A stretch of 64,000 nucleotides of DNA from Balanoglossus misakiensis (Eukaryota; Animalia; Hemichordata), in assembly GCA_040954595.2 (NCBI GenBank), contig CM082586.2, positions 741,530 through 805,529 on the forward strand, given 5' to 3'. Below are positions 1 to 17,867 of this stretch, piece by piece (positions within the stretch are counted from its first letter, which is position 1; each line of letters begins with the position of its first letter). The translations under genes and the position numbers were made by a program. A model generated the notes under the pieces. That model made no database searches. It was not told the origin of the DNA and was given only the letters and a program-made list of their open reading frames with translations.

Positions 1-269
1 CAATTCAAAAACTGTACAAACTGAAAACATTTGATAACTATATAGTAGACTCTCTATGTGAGTCAAAACTTATTGATATTTTTGATAGATGGTAAAGCTT
101 TGTAATATTTTTGTATATCAATCATTTCTTTATACAAATTTTACTAGTATATCTCAAACCATGTATGTTCTTAATACACAGTAGATTTTAATTTCAAGAA
201 TAAAGAAAGTTCATTGTCAAATGTTCTGACTATTCTTTTTCTTGTTTCTTTTGGATGTCCGGCCCGAAC

Positions 270-585
270 CACGTGCCCGAACGAAGCACTTGCATTGAAT
301 TATTTCATACTGCCATAGGGGGCAGTGTTGTCTGCCACTGTATAAACGCAACGCGCATGTGCGATTGGCGTTCTATCTGGAAACACAGGGTTTTCTCTGT
401 TTATACCGTAAAGGTAACTCAAAGTGCGCTGGTAACATTTTTTAAGGAAAATTATTCGGTTGGCCATTCCGGCTATCAAATGGCTGCCAATATTTCCATA
501 TTCCATATTCGAGATTCACGTGTGACCTCAAATCTCGCAGATGACCTGAGTTGAAAGGTCATACACGTGTGGTGAGTTTCACGTG
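270..585. promoter_or_regulatory. Bystin promoter with four CACGTG E-boxes (270, 517, 564, 580)
   Basis: Four exact CACGTG hexamers lie within ~350 bp upstream of the ATG at 623. Ribosome-biogenesis genes are classic Myc/Max E-box targets. Confidence 0.55.
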
Positions 586-622
586 TGAGTTTCTGTGTCG
601 CAAAAGTACAGGAAGTAGGAAG

Positions 623-2916
623 ATGGGCAAGTCAAAACGATCAAAATCGGCACGAAAGGAGGGTGATCGACCCGATAGGAATGTTTCTCTTGCAGAGCAG
701 ATTCTAGAGGACAGGACAGTACACGGCAGCGAACGATCAAAAGTCAGGAATCGTCAAGAAGAAGAAACGGTGAGTTTCGCCGCTGGTTGATTTCCTCAGC
801 TGTGTGTGAACTCATGGTCGTCCTACGATGTTTCATCATCATAATAAGTTGCACGTGGATGCATATAAGTCATTGAGAAATAATAGATTATGTTAATTAT
901 CCATTCACAGTTTGTTGATGAGAAACTATCAAGAAAAATTCTGGAGCAAGCCAGGCTACAACAAGAAGAGCTTGAAAATGAACACGGACTTGGGTTGGTA
1001 TTTTCGTCTTCCACTGAGGCATGTGGCCTATGAAACACTTCTATGTTGTATCATGCTAAAAGTAGTACAATTTGAAATTCGAAGCCCAGACAATGTGGTT
1101 TTCTTTCTGCATGTAAAGAATGCCTATCTCCAAATTTTAATTTATGGTTTCAGAGCAAGTTCAAGTGCCCGGTCAAAAATTACAAGTCTTGGTCCTCCAA
1201 GGGATGATGATGGAGATGACGATGATGAAGCTGTATCAGATGAAGAATTTCCAGAACATACAGGAGAATTTTATGAACATTTTGTGAGTTATTTTACTTC
1301 AGTCAAGTGATGATGTTGAAACTTTCTCAATTACATTAAGGACCCACTCAGCTGTGTCTTAGTAACTTAATGACATAAAATGCTTCAATATATCATTTGT
1401 ATGACAGGAAGTTGATGAAGAAGATGAGAAAGCACTTGAAATATTTATGAACAAATCAGCTCCCATGAGAAGAACCTTAGCTGACATCATCATGGAGAAA
1501 TTGACAGAGAAACAAACAGAAGTTGCCAGTCAAATGTCAGATACCAGCATACCGATGTCACAGTTAGACGAACGAGTCATCAGAGTCTACAAAGGTGTTG
1601 GAGAAGTTTTGTCGAAATACAGAAGTGGAAAGTTACCCAAGGCTTTTAAAATTGTTCCTACTTTAGCAAACTGGGAACAGGTAAGAGACATTTGCACAAG
1701 CCTAGTTTGTCTTCCAAGAAAAACATGGAAATGATAGATGAATCACTCATTCTCTTAATATCTCTTGCAATCTCTATTTCCAGATTGTGTACATCACAGA
1801 ACCTGATAGATGGACTGCAGCAGCCATGTATCAAGCCACCAGAATATTTGTCAGTAATCTCAACGCAAAGATGGCACAGAGGTGAGTATCATACAATGTA
1901 TATGCTTGGATCTGACATTATTTAAGATCATGTTCTGATTGTAATCATTTGTTTATTTTATATTTCAGGTTTTTCAATTTAGTTTTACTTCCAAGAATAC
2001 GGGACGATATTGCAGAATACAAAAGACTAAACTACCATCTTTACATGGTAACTATAAGAACATCCTTTTTTGCTAGTTAACATACATCTAAAATCTAACT
2101 CATGTTTAAATAGCAGAAAAAACTTCTTGGAGAAATGTTATTTCTGACGTGTTACTATTTTTACTTCCCAGGCTTTGAAGAAAGCTGTCTTTAAACCTGC
2201 TGCGTTTTTCAAAGGAATAATTCTGCCGTTGTGTGAGGTATGTAACCAAACTGATGGAGTCACACCAATGAAAATATCAGTATGTATATGTAGAGGTCAC
2301 AATAATGGTCAACTAACGTTTATCTTGTTTCTTTCTCATACTAGTGTGGCACATGTACACTACGAGAAGCTGTCATCATGGGAAGTATCATCACCAAAGT
2401 GTCCATCCCTGTACTCCACTCCAGTGCAGCTTTGTTGAAAATTGCGGAAATGGATTACAACGGTGCAAATAGCATATTTCTCAGACTCTTGATTGATAAG
2501 AAGTACGCTCTTCCCTACAGAGTTATAGATGCTGTGGTGCATCATTTCTTGAGGTAAGCATTCCAGATCATGTCGATTTTACTGCCAGGCAAGTTCAACT
2601 TGGACTGTACCATTCTCTGGTGGCAAAGATTACGGTTATGACTGTACAGTTCATGATTTGAAAACCAACAAAAAACTTTTGCTTTTTTGTTTTTCAAAGG
2701 TTTCTACATGACAAGAGAAGCCTACCAGTGCTGTGGCATCAAAGTTTGTTGACCTTTGTTCAGCGTTACAAAGAAGACATCTCCACAGAGCAGAAAGAGG
2801 CTTTGATGGATTTACTGAGAAACCAGACGCATGAGCAGATCACACCAGATATCAGACGCGAATTATTGCATTCAAAATGTCGAGATGCTGAAACTGATCA
2901 GCCGATGGGGATGTAG
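623..2916 (+). CDS. BYSL: Bystin (Enp1 homolog, 40S ribosome biogenesis factor), 9 exons
   Basis: GT-AG exons 623-769, 911-993, 1154-1283, 1408-1680, 1784-1881, 1969-2047, 2172-2237, 2345-2553, 2700-2916 join in frame. Bystin motifs: [66 protein letters not shown]. Confidence 0.96.
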
Positions 2917-3219
2917 TGGGGCAGAAATGAATGTCAAACTGTGGAAATAAAGGCACAAAGAAAAATTGAAATTTTGTTTTATGAGTCTGTGTTTAGAGTG
3001 CGTGTCTGAGAGAAGTCATGGTTCTAGTCTTGAATTTTATTTTTATCTTGCAAGTTGTGCAAAACATATGGGAGCATGGATATGCATCAAAGCTTGATCG
3101 AATACAGAAAGGTTAAGGCGTTTATATGTGTATGTGAGTGCGCATTGCAAGCCAAAGTACATTTGCAACCAACATTCAGCTTTGAAATCGACAAGGGAGT
3201 TCCCGGAGGATTCATCAGA

Positions 3220-3293
3220 TGACGTCATCGATTTAAAACGTTGACGTGGGAACCCTACGCATGCGCCATAATCCTTTACAAAACTTTCCCGCG
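3220..3293 (+). promoter_or_regulatory. MSH6 proximal promoter: CRE (TGACGTCA 3220), NRF1-like (CGCATGCGC 3258), E2F site (TTTCCCGCG 3285)
   Basis: Motif matches lie 50-120 bp upstream of the ATG at 3342. E2F control is typical of S-phase and mismatch-repair genes. Confidence 0.55.
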
Positions 3294-3341
3294 AAGTGAT
3301 CAGCTGTTTGTGAGGTGGTAACGTACACACCCCATCAAATC

Positions 3342-6300
3342 ATGTCGAAACAAAACACTCTCTTTTCGTATTTCACAAAATCTCCAGCGGTGACATCGAA
3401 GAAAAGACCTGCAGATGTGTCAAGCACAAAATCGAAGAACTCGTCGCCCGGAGAGACAGCGAAACAACAGGAATCTCTTTCAAAACAAAATGGCGAGTCA
3501 GGTCAGCTGTGTTTACCTTTAAAGATTGAAGTCAAAAGCGATCTGCAAAGAAATTCATACACGTGCATGTGTTGACATCGAGTATGTGACTTTGCACGTC
3601 CTCTTACATGAACACACATGTAATGTACGCAAGTTCACTGAACAATTTAGCCGTGCGTTGTCAGTGTCAGTTTCACACGTGCGCACACGCCCCCTTCTCA
3701 TAGAGGCACTTCCCACACTGTATGCAGCTACTGAGCTGGGCATGCACGCTTCGAGGAAAGACTTGTGTTAACATTGGTGTTCTTGATCTGTGGGAAATGA
3801 AAGGGGTAAGTTGACGATAGTTGTTTTTTTCCCTGCAGCATGTGAACACAATGTTGGTGATGTTGTGTGGGCCAAGCTGGATCGATTTCCTTGGTGGCCA
3901 AGTCTAGTCTGCAAACACCCAACTAAGGGTACACACTATCAGGAAGGCAAAACTCTAATGGTACATGTGCAGTTCTTTGATGAGACAAAAAGCAGAGCAT
4001 GGATTAAAAACAAGTAAGTCCCTCTGAACTGAATATCTCTTGGAAAGAGGAAAATTTTTGATTTGTGTTTTCATGATGAAGCCAGTTTATATCACAGTAC
4101 ATCATCTCATATGAATGTTAATGTAAGTTACATATGAAATTCGTTGCCAGATATGTCAAATCTTTCAATGGATCCACAACAAAAGAAGCCCGACGTGGAG
4201 GAGCATTTTTCAGCCCAAACCCAGACATACAGAAAAGTGCTAAGTATGCAGACAAAGTTCTCGAACAAAGTCTTGAAGAAAGATTAAAGTTGGTTGTGTG
4301 TGCTCCATCAGATGAAGAAGAAGAAGAAGATGGTGATGATGAATGTGATGGAGTTGAAGATGCAGAGGATGAGGAGCAGGATGTAGAAGATGATGGTAAG
4401 CTCTTTGAGTGAAAGAAAATAATCAAAACATTGCAACATTTTCATTGAAAATAAATCATTAAAGGCACAGACACACAAGCCCAAAGATGATAAAACTCAT
4501 TATACTAAGAGTTTTTGTCAATTTCAGGAGATCATAGAAATGGTGACAAAGAGAATATTGGGATAGACAGTGACAGTGATGATGAAGTTATTGGGAGACG
4601 GAAACCACCAACAAAGCGTCCTCGTGAGGCATCTCGGAAAGCTGCTGCAAGGATTCAACACAAGCAAAAGAAAAGGAAAGTGATTCTGGAATCTGGAAGT
4701 GAAGATGATGAGGATTCTGGTGAGAGATTGATTTGTCATACTCAGTTGTTTTGTATCACCATTTGTATTTTCGATTGGTTCATCTGTTTAAGTCATAACA
4801 TTCCTTCTGTATGTTTGATCAGAAGATGAATTTCGCCCAGAAAGTGATGCAGACTCTGATGAAAGTATGAGCAGTGGAATTGATGAGAATGATATAACAG
4901 AATCCTCAGAATCAGATCCTGAAACACCAAAGAAACCTGCGAAGAGAAAACGTGGAACTGCAACTCCAAGAGCAGCACCTAGTGTGAAGAAATCTCTAAC
5001 TGAACTCACCACACCAAAGACAGGAATAAGCGGTGCAAGGACACCATCCAGAACTCCAAGTGTTGCCTCGGCAACCAAGGCTAAATTGGCAATGTTCCAA
5101 GCTCCAGAGGTGAGTTTATGATTGTCCTGTTACATTTTGTGTGGAAGTTTAATCTGGAGGTGATGTTGAACAAAAATAATGAAGAGTTTTGTGTCTTATT
5201 TTTTCTCAGGTTTCTGGTTCACCTTCCCCAACAGTTGAACCTGCAGAGAAATTCCCACATCACGACTACGAATGGCTGAAAGAAGGGAAGAGGAGGTACA
5301 TGTATCTCTCATTCTGATTGGCTTTCAGGCAGCATTGCATGACATACTGACCAATCCCCTATACCGAGGCATTGTGGAATGATCGAATTTTATTGAATTT
5401 GTGATCACCATTTCTCATTGGCTTTGAAGTGTCATTTTTAGTGAAAATATTAATGAAAGAAATTATGTATTGTTTTCATCAGAGATAAAAAGAAACGTTT
5501 GCAGACTGACCCAGACTATGACCCTGGAACATTGCATGTTCCTGAGTGTTTTCTGCATTCTTGCACTCCGGTAAGTCACTGTAATTATAGTTGCCAAGAA
5601 CCTCATGGTTGCAATTTTCTGTTTTCTATCAAATTTTGACACTTGTAGCCCCCGCAAGTGACTATTCTGTTTCACTTGCAGGCTATGAGACAATGGTGGG
5701 AAATGAAATCACAGAATTTTGATGCTGTGTTGTTTTTCAAGGTAAGAAAAGTTTGAGGTTTTCTGAGGAAGGTGGAAGTATGTACCAATGCGGCATAAAT
5801 CACTATTGAGAAATAATTATTTTTCTTTATTTTGTCAGATGGGAAAATTCTACGAGTTGTACCACATGGACAGTGAAACCGCTGTGAAGGAGTTGGGGCT
5901 GATATTCATGAAGGTAAGACATGATTTGACAGATGCAAGTCATTCAACCACAGGCAACTCCCTTTGCTTAAACCCTTCAACGCCAATGGTTCACTCCAAC
6001 CCCATTGTTTCCTATGGTAAGGTTGGACCTCTATACAGGGAAAAGGGTGTGACAGGGTTGAACTCTCTTCCACTTTTAGGGCCAGTTTGCTCATTCTGGA
6101 TTTCCTGAGATAGCATTTGGTCGCTATGCCAACACACTGATAGAAAAGGGATACAGGGTTGCTAGGATAGAACAAACAGAGACACCAGATATGATGCAAG
6201 AAAGATGCAAGAAAAGTAAGACAATTTTTTCTTGTTTTCATTGTCTTTTTGAAGTGCATGCTAGTCAGTGTTTCCTCCAAGGTGTTGAAAATGATCAAGT

Positions 6301-7110
6301 TTGAGTCATGGTAACTGTGTCATCTGGATGTAGGGAATATGAACGTACCAAATAAATGAAATGTGTTCTCTGTGATGTGTTTATGTTTTAGTGGCCAGAC
6401 CAACAAAGTTTGACAAAGTTGTCAAAAGAGAATTGTGCCGAATTTCTACAAAAGGTAGGTCTTTTATCCTATAACATCAAATGTTTCCTGTGCCTGTATG
6501 AAAAAGGCTTTTATCAGATCATTACCATTGAGAAAGTCGAAGTCATTGTTGATACTGTTATTACATTGAAATCATGTGATGTTAATTCTCTCCAGGAACC
6601 AAAATTTACAGTTTCATTGATGGTGATGCGGGTGAACCAGACAGCAGTTATTTACTTGCTTTGACTGAGAAACCGTGTGATGGTGTAATGGGAGGGGAGA
6701 GTTTATATGGTGTGTGCTTTGTGGATACTTCCATCGGAAAATTTCATGTGAGTAGAGTCATGATCAATATTGTCGATATTTCCTCCTAGGTTTAAAATCA
6801 GTAGTATTCCTTCAAAGAATGCCATGTGATGTTCATGTTTGTGATCTATTTTTTTTCAGCTTGGACAATTTGAAGATGATCGTCATTGTTCGAGATTCAG
6901 AACTCTCCTTGCCCATTACACTCCGACTCAAGTCTTGATAGAGAAAAATAAACTACTGCCAAAGACCCAACAAATATTGAATCAGAATCTCGTCTCAGTC
7001 ATGAAGGACTCTCTCTCCTCTGGCTCGGAATTCTGGGATAGCACCAAAACATTAAAGAACCTCGCAGAGGAAAAATATTTTGATGTAAAGAAGAAGAAAG
7101 CGAGACTGGG

Positions 7111-7143
<33 letters not shown>

Positions 7144-10100
7144 CGATGATAATGACAGCGACAACTCTGAGTATTGGCCGGATACAATTAAACAGATGCT
7201 ATCGGAAAGTAAGCTAATAAAATTTTCCAGAATCTAGAATCTTTTTCCAATGCCTGGTTTGGATACATCATCTAAGAAAATTGAATTGGGTTACTACTTT
7301 TTTCTTGCAGCGGACTCACTTGGGTTGACGGCCAAAGAAGACTGTGAGTTGGCTATCAGTGCTTTGGGAGCCATAACATGGTAGGAATTTTCTGTCTAGT
7401 GTGAGTGGGCAAGAAAGTGAATCAAATGGCTAAAAATCATGTTGACAAGCAATTTGTGAATTTTAACAAGTGACGATCTTTCACTCTGCTTTGTCAAGGT
7501 ATTTGAAGAAGTGTTGTGTGGAAGAGGATCTGTTATCGATGAAAAACTTCACAATATATAAACCTGTAGATAGTCAGAAACCAACACAGATACAAACAAC
7601 GTCAGCAGATTTCACCAGAGGTCGACATCACATGGTAAGCTGTAGCTGTCACATGTTGTTATTTGATGCGGAATGGTTTCCAAGTTGTTGGGCATTATTG
7701 AAGACTATGATTCTGTGAAAGAGTTTTGAAATTCTGTCTGTTCTTTCACATTTTGGCATATTGTCTAACACACCCAGGTGCTAGATGGTGTAACACTATC
7801 CAACCTTGATGTAATTGATAATGGAGCTACAGGTACATCGGAAGGAACATTGTTAGAGAAACTTGACAGTTGTACAACTCCATTTGGAAAGAGATTGTTG
7901 AAACAATGGCTGTGTGCACCTCTCTGCAATCCCAAATCTATCAATGATAGGTAAGATTCAAAGTCATTTGACTTTCATGTCATTTGATTTGAGTTCATAG
8001 TCCAATCATTCCATTGAAACAACAGGGCTGAACCAAGTTTTGTGTAATAAAGGATTCCAAATCAATTACATGTACTTTGACTTCAGTTTTAATGCATTTA
8101 ATTTTTCTGTAGGTTGAATGCTATTGAAGATTTGATGGCCGTAGCTGATGTTACTGCTGAGGCTAAAGAAATGATGAGAAAATTACCAGATTTGGAGAGA
8201 CTGCTCAGCAAGTTAGTGTGATTCAAAAAGTCATTTCATCTAGAATGATAAATACTGAATAATTTTGATAAAGTTAACTTAATATTGCAGTTGTCTACTA
8301 AAGCTTTTCTAAAATTTACTTCATCCATGATTTTTCTCTTGCTCAGAATTCACAGTCTGGGATTATCCCGGAAAAATAAAAAACATCCGGACAGCAGGGC
8401 CATATTCTTTGAAGAAGTTGCCTACAGGTCAGTGAGATGTTTGTATTTTTTGTATTTATGCTTAGAAAAATTAATGGTATTCCATAGATACAATAAGTTT
8501 CCTTTTTTCCTTTTTCATTTCCCACCAGTAAGAGAAAGATAGAGGATTTTCTTGCAGCCCTACAAGGATTTAAAACAGCTCAGAAAATCATGAAGCTTTT
8601 CAAAGGAAAGAACTGTGATTTCAAGTAAGTAGTGTCTGTGTGTCTCAGGTCACCATAGCAACATTTCTTGTATCCCAGATCTGTGTGCAATATTGTTGTT
8701 TCTGATCAAATGCATTTGTATATTTTGTTTCTTCTGAAGATCAAAGCTACTGAAGCAATCCACAAGTACTGCAAGTAAAGAAAATCCCAAGGGTGCTTTC
8801 CCTGACATGAAAGAACAGTTGGATTTCTTTGATGTAAGTCTCACCCAACCATATTTGTAATTGGTTGAATCGAATCTCCACTTGTAAGAAACGTGTAAGA
8901 AATAAGAAACTTGTATGACTTTTACAGAGTGCATTTGATCACAGCAAAGCCAAATCTGTGGGTGCTATCATTCCAAGCCAAGGTGTTGATGATGATTACG
9001 ACACTGCATGCAACAATATCAAATCCCTTCAGAAGAAACTTGACCAGTATCTTGACAGGCAAAAACAGAGACTGGGTAACAGGGTAAGTCTGTCTCAATG
9101 TCAAGTTCTGTGCACTGCAACAAAATATAATCTGTTTGATGTGATTATGCATGTGTTTTAGCCAAATGACCTCTTGTAATGTACATCTGACATCATTACT
9201 AATCACATGATTTCCATTCAACCAATCAGAGTCTGTCTTTCTGGGGAACTGGTAAAAATCGATACCAGATGGAGGTTCCGGAGTCTGCTGTAAAACATGT
9301 TCCGGATGAGTATGAAGTGACATCGTCCAAGAAAGGCTGGAAGAGGTACACCACTTCCGCTATCCAGGAAATGTTACAAGAACTGGTAGCACAAGAAGAG
9401 AAACGAGATGCTGCTCTCAAAGACATCATGAGGAGAATTTTTGCGATTTTTGACGAACAGTAAGTCATCTCGTCATCCCTCATTTTATCACACTATTCAA
9501 CTGATGTCCACGGTGCTTTTGATTGTTTAGTTACTCTTCAAACAGGTGCACGAATGATCCCCAAACAGGCCCTGAACATTGTCCCTAATTTGCTACACTT
9601 ATTTCAGCTACACAGCATGGGAAACAGCTGTCCAGTGTCTGTCAGTGTTGGATGTGTTGATGTCACTGACGCATTACAGCCAATCAGGTGAATGTGAAAT
9701 GTGTCGTCCTGAAGTAATAGCGCCTTCTGGAGACATAAAGGTAGGCAGGTAGTCTTTGTTTGAATGTAATGAGATTATGTTTGCCTGTCCGTATAACTTG
9801 TCAAATAACTTCTGTCTTCCTTTCCTTTTCAGCCCTTTATCTCCATCTGTAATGCAAGGCATCCATGCATCGTCAGAACCTACAGTGGAGGTGACTTCAT
9901 TCCAAACGATACCTATATCGGCTGTAGAAATGTTAGTATCACATTTTCAAAATTTGTCGAAGAAATTCTCAATTATTTTCAAATCTGCTTTTACCTTTTT
10001 TATCTACAACACAAATGTAAAATTTCTATTTCTTCACCAGGAAGGGGATGAAGACAGCAGCAGTGATGACACAAGCACTTGTGTCCTGGTTACAGGTCCA

Positions 10101-11267
10101 AATATGGGCGGCAAGTCTACTCTTATGCGTCAGGTTGGCTTAGTGGTGATCTTAGCTCAGTTGGGTTGTTATGTTCCTGCAGAGTCTTGTAAGATGACTC
10201 CAGTGGATCGAGTTTTTACAAGACTTGGTGCTAGTGACAGGATTATGTCAGGTATGGTCAAAGTATCCTCAACATGATTTTCTCATCTTATCTTGAGGGA
10301 GCCATGAATGATATTATAAACTTTTGAGTGAGTGAGATTTGATTTGATCGATATTAATTTTGTGTTTCAAGGTGAAAGTACCTTCTTTGTGGAACTGAGT
10401 GAGACATCAGCAATATTGCAACATGCCACAGCCCATTCATTGGTTCTGATGGACGAACTTGGTAAGTGTTTTATTTAATCTAAGAAATACAAATATGGTC
10501 ATATGATAACCAGAGATAATAGGATACAGCATAAAGTGATATTGAACAAACAAAACAGCATGGACCATGGTTTCCATTTGGTTAAAATAAATATTGACTG
10601 GCCTATCTTGATTCCACACAGGTCGAGGAACTGCTACATTTGATGGTACCGCCATTGCTTGTGCTGTTGTCAAGGAGATCTCTGAAACCATCCAGTGTCG
10701 TACCTTATTCTCAACTCATTACCATTCATTGGTTGAGGAGTTTTCCCATGATACAAACATACGATTAGGGCACATGGTAAGGCATTCACTATGGCTGTGT
10801 TATCTGGTCCAAGATAGGAAATGTGTTCCAAATTTGTCATCTTATTACGTTACAAATACATAATTCTTTTTTTTCATTTTCAGGCATGTATGGTCGAGAA
10901 TGAAAATGATGAAGATCCTAGTCAAGAGACTATCACATTCCTGTATAAGTTTGTGAAAGGAGCTTGTCCAAAGAGTTATGGATTCAATGCTGCAAGATTG
11001 GCAGGTTTACCGGAAGAGGTAATTAACAAGATGAGAAGGCCAGGGGAATAAATCCTCCATTTCTATAGTTTGTCTTAGAACAATTTTTTTATCACAATTC
11101 TGTATTAATCTGTTCTCTTCTTCTAGGTTATCTGCAAAGGTCAAGCAAAATCTCGGGAATTTGAAGCATCTCTGGACAGACTAAAAGTCTTCAAGCGCCT
11201 CTCAACATTGGACAAGACCATTGATAAGAATAACTTACAGTCACTGATTGGTCAGATCGCTGTTTGA
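3342..11267 (+). CDS. MSH6: DNA mismatch repair protein MSH6, multi-exon
   Basis: N-terminal PIP box QNTLFSYF; PWWP domain ([15 protein letters not shown]); mismatch-binding [14 protein letters not shown]; Walker [16 protein letters not shown]; [11 protein letters not shown]; [12 protein letters not shown]; [14 protein letters not shown]. Last exon is 11127-11267, ending in TGA. Confidence 0.97.
5969..6061. mobile_element. piggyBac-type MITE, degenerate copy in an MSH6 intron
   Basis: 85-bp core CCCT...AGGG (5973-6057) with decayed TTAA flanks. It shares AAGGTTGGACCTCTATA.AGGGAA and its length with the copy at 17093-17185. Confidence 0.7.
7112..7150 (+). repeat. Coding (GAT)10 microsatellite giving a 13-Asp run in MSH6
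   Basis: ggatgatgat... lies in frame within an MSH6 exon ([20 protein letters not shown]). Confidence 0.9.
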
Positions 11268-11612
11268 TGTCAACTGTTGATTGGTTTATAAGCAGTTCTG
11301 TGATTTCTTTGCAACTTTTTTTTGACATACACAGAATAAAACTGGAAAAAAAGGAATATGTACATTCCTAAAGAGCATGATAGTGACAACTTTATTTTAG
11401 TATGTGATGTGTCAAGTATATTTCTATGCAAAATAAATCATGGAAGTTTGATGATTACTATGGTGTTATTGTGACTCTTGTTTTAAATGCCCAAATTAAA
11501 AGAGTGGGCGAAAACTACACGGATAAATTTGCATATGTGGCCTAAAATGTCTGTTGCAAGTTGAACGGAAGCTAAAGTGGGTCATAGGTCACGAGAAGAA
11601 CCCCGCTTTCTC

Positions 11613-11640
11613 TGACGTCATAAGTATATGCGCTTTCAAG

Positions 11641-11647
<7 letters not shown>
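11613..11647 (+). promoter_or_regulatory. WDR48 promoter: CRE (11613) and YY1 motif CAAGATGGCGG overlapping the start codon
   Basis: Exact TGACGTCA and AAGATGGCGG matches. Confidence 0.5.
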
Positions 11648-16425
<4,778 letters not shown>

Positions 16426-17092
16426 CTTTATTTGACTGCAAAGAAGGGAAGACTTGTGACTTCAAGGGAAGATGATGTTAGCTGGATTGCTGTTTTCTGT
16501 TCTGGAACAAGGCTAACAGCTGATTGGCCACTGGAACTTTGTTGTGGACCAATCAGTCAATGAAGAAATCAGCTACATGTGTTCATGTGCTGATGCTGAG
16601 TCGTGTATCCTTTCAACAGAACTTTAATAAGAAGATATCAATGAATATAAACTGGTGGAAGGGTTCATTTGAAGGTTAAAATTTCTACCAGTTGAGAGTT
16701 ATTAGACAGGATTTGGTAAACTGTACTCTACAAAATTTTCTTAAGTTTCTTTAGCCTTTTCTTCAGTTGGTGAGACAGAGAGGTGAAAGAATTGAAATGA
16801 TTGAAATTGCATTTTGTAAATGACTTTACAAGCAGTTTACTATTGCTAAGGAAGTACTTGTAAATGTGAATTCTAACACAAATGTACAGTTTTTACCGAA
16901 AAGAAAAAGTAACAAAATTACAATTTTGTACTATTTAGTATCATAATCTGTTCTTGTAACCTTTGAATAGGTCTACTCCAGAAAAAAATGACGCACACAG
17001 ATGACTTCAGTGCCGTAGAAAATGTATACATGTGGTTCTGTTTGAGTTGAGAGTTTTGATGTCTTGTCTGGCCGATCATTGTGCCGATAGAG

Positions 17093-17185
17093 TTAACCCT
17101 TTTACCATAATGGTCCAGTCCAAATCCATTGATTTCAATGGGAAGGTTGGACCTCTATATAGGGAACTGGGGATGAAAGGGTTAA
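17093..17185. mobile_element. piggyBac-type MITE with intact TTAA target-site duplications, downstream of the WDR48 stop (probable 3' UTR)
   Basis: TTAA-CCCTTT...AAAGGG-TTAA with an 85-bp core; second copy at 5969-6061. Confidence 0.75.
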
Positions 17186-17465
17186 AGGTTAACTGAATAC
17201 TAATCATGAGTTGATGATATATTGGTTTTTAAATTGTTACGAAAACCAATTTTGCGCACATGAATATTTCAGTGTCAGTGTTGGAATTTGTATATTTTAT
17301 ACCCTAAACAAGGGCACATTATCTTATGTATTTCCGTTTCAGTAGGAGTCATGTGCACTTGCATAAATTATAAATTCATTTTTCAAATCCTGAACCTCTC
17401 AACGGTGACAAATCAAAGGGTTTTGTTTAAATTTTGTTGTAGATATTTTTGTCATTATTTACTCT

Positions 17466-17479
17466 TTTATTGTAATAAA
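17466..17479. terminator. Back-to-back polyadenylation hexamers (TTTATTgtAATAAA) between convergent WDR48 and RAB20
   Basis: AATAAA on + at 17474 and on - at 17466-17471. Confidence 0.4.
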
Positions 17480-17867
17480 GATTAACCATTTTTGTATGTT
17501 TAATGACAAAAGTCAACATATTATTATTATCATTATTATTATTATTCAGATGTGATTGTTACCATGTATAATTGTATAATGGAAAACACATTAAATATTG
17601 TCAATACTATTGTACCCTTCTGACTTAATAGGTTGTTTTTTCCTGAGATGATTAGCTAGATTGATTGGTAAATTTTATTTTGTCAAGAAACATATAAGTA
17701 AAACAGAGACAATGGTAAAAGTACTGTACATTGAATATCATAAGATTAATTGAGACTGTCATGGGCAGTATCTTGTTCAACATAGCTGCGAAATTCTCAA
17801 AAGAATCATTTTGATTTTTAAAATGGTTACATTTTTGTATAAAAATCAACACATGTAGTTCACAACA

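Noticed and set aside
255-554. ORFs 255-554 (+) and 300-506 (-)
   Set aside because: No protein-like motifs; they overlap the bystin promoter region.
1284-1407. Possible intronic C/D snoRNA in bystin (GTGATGA at ~1307)
   Set aside because: No properly placed CTGA D box or terminal stem.
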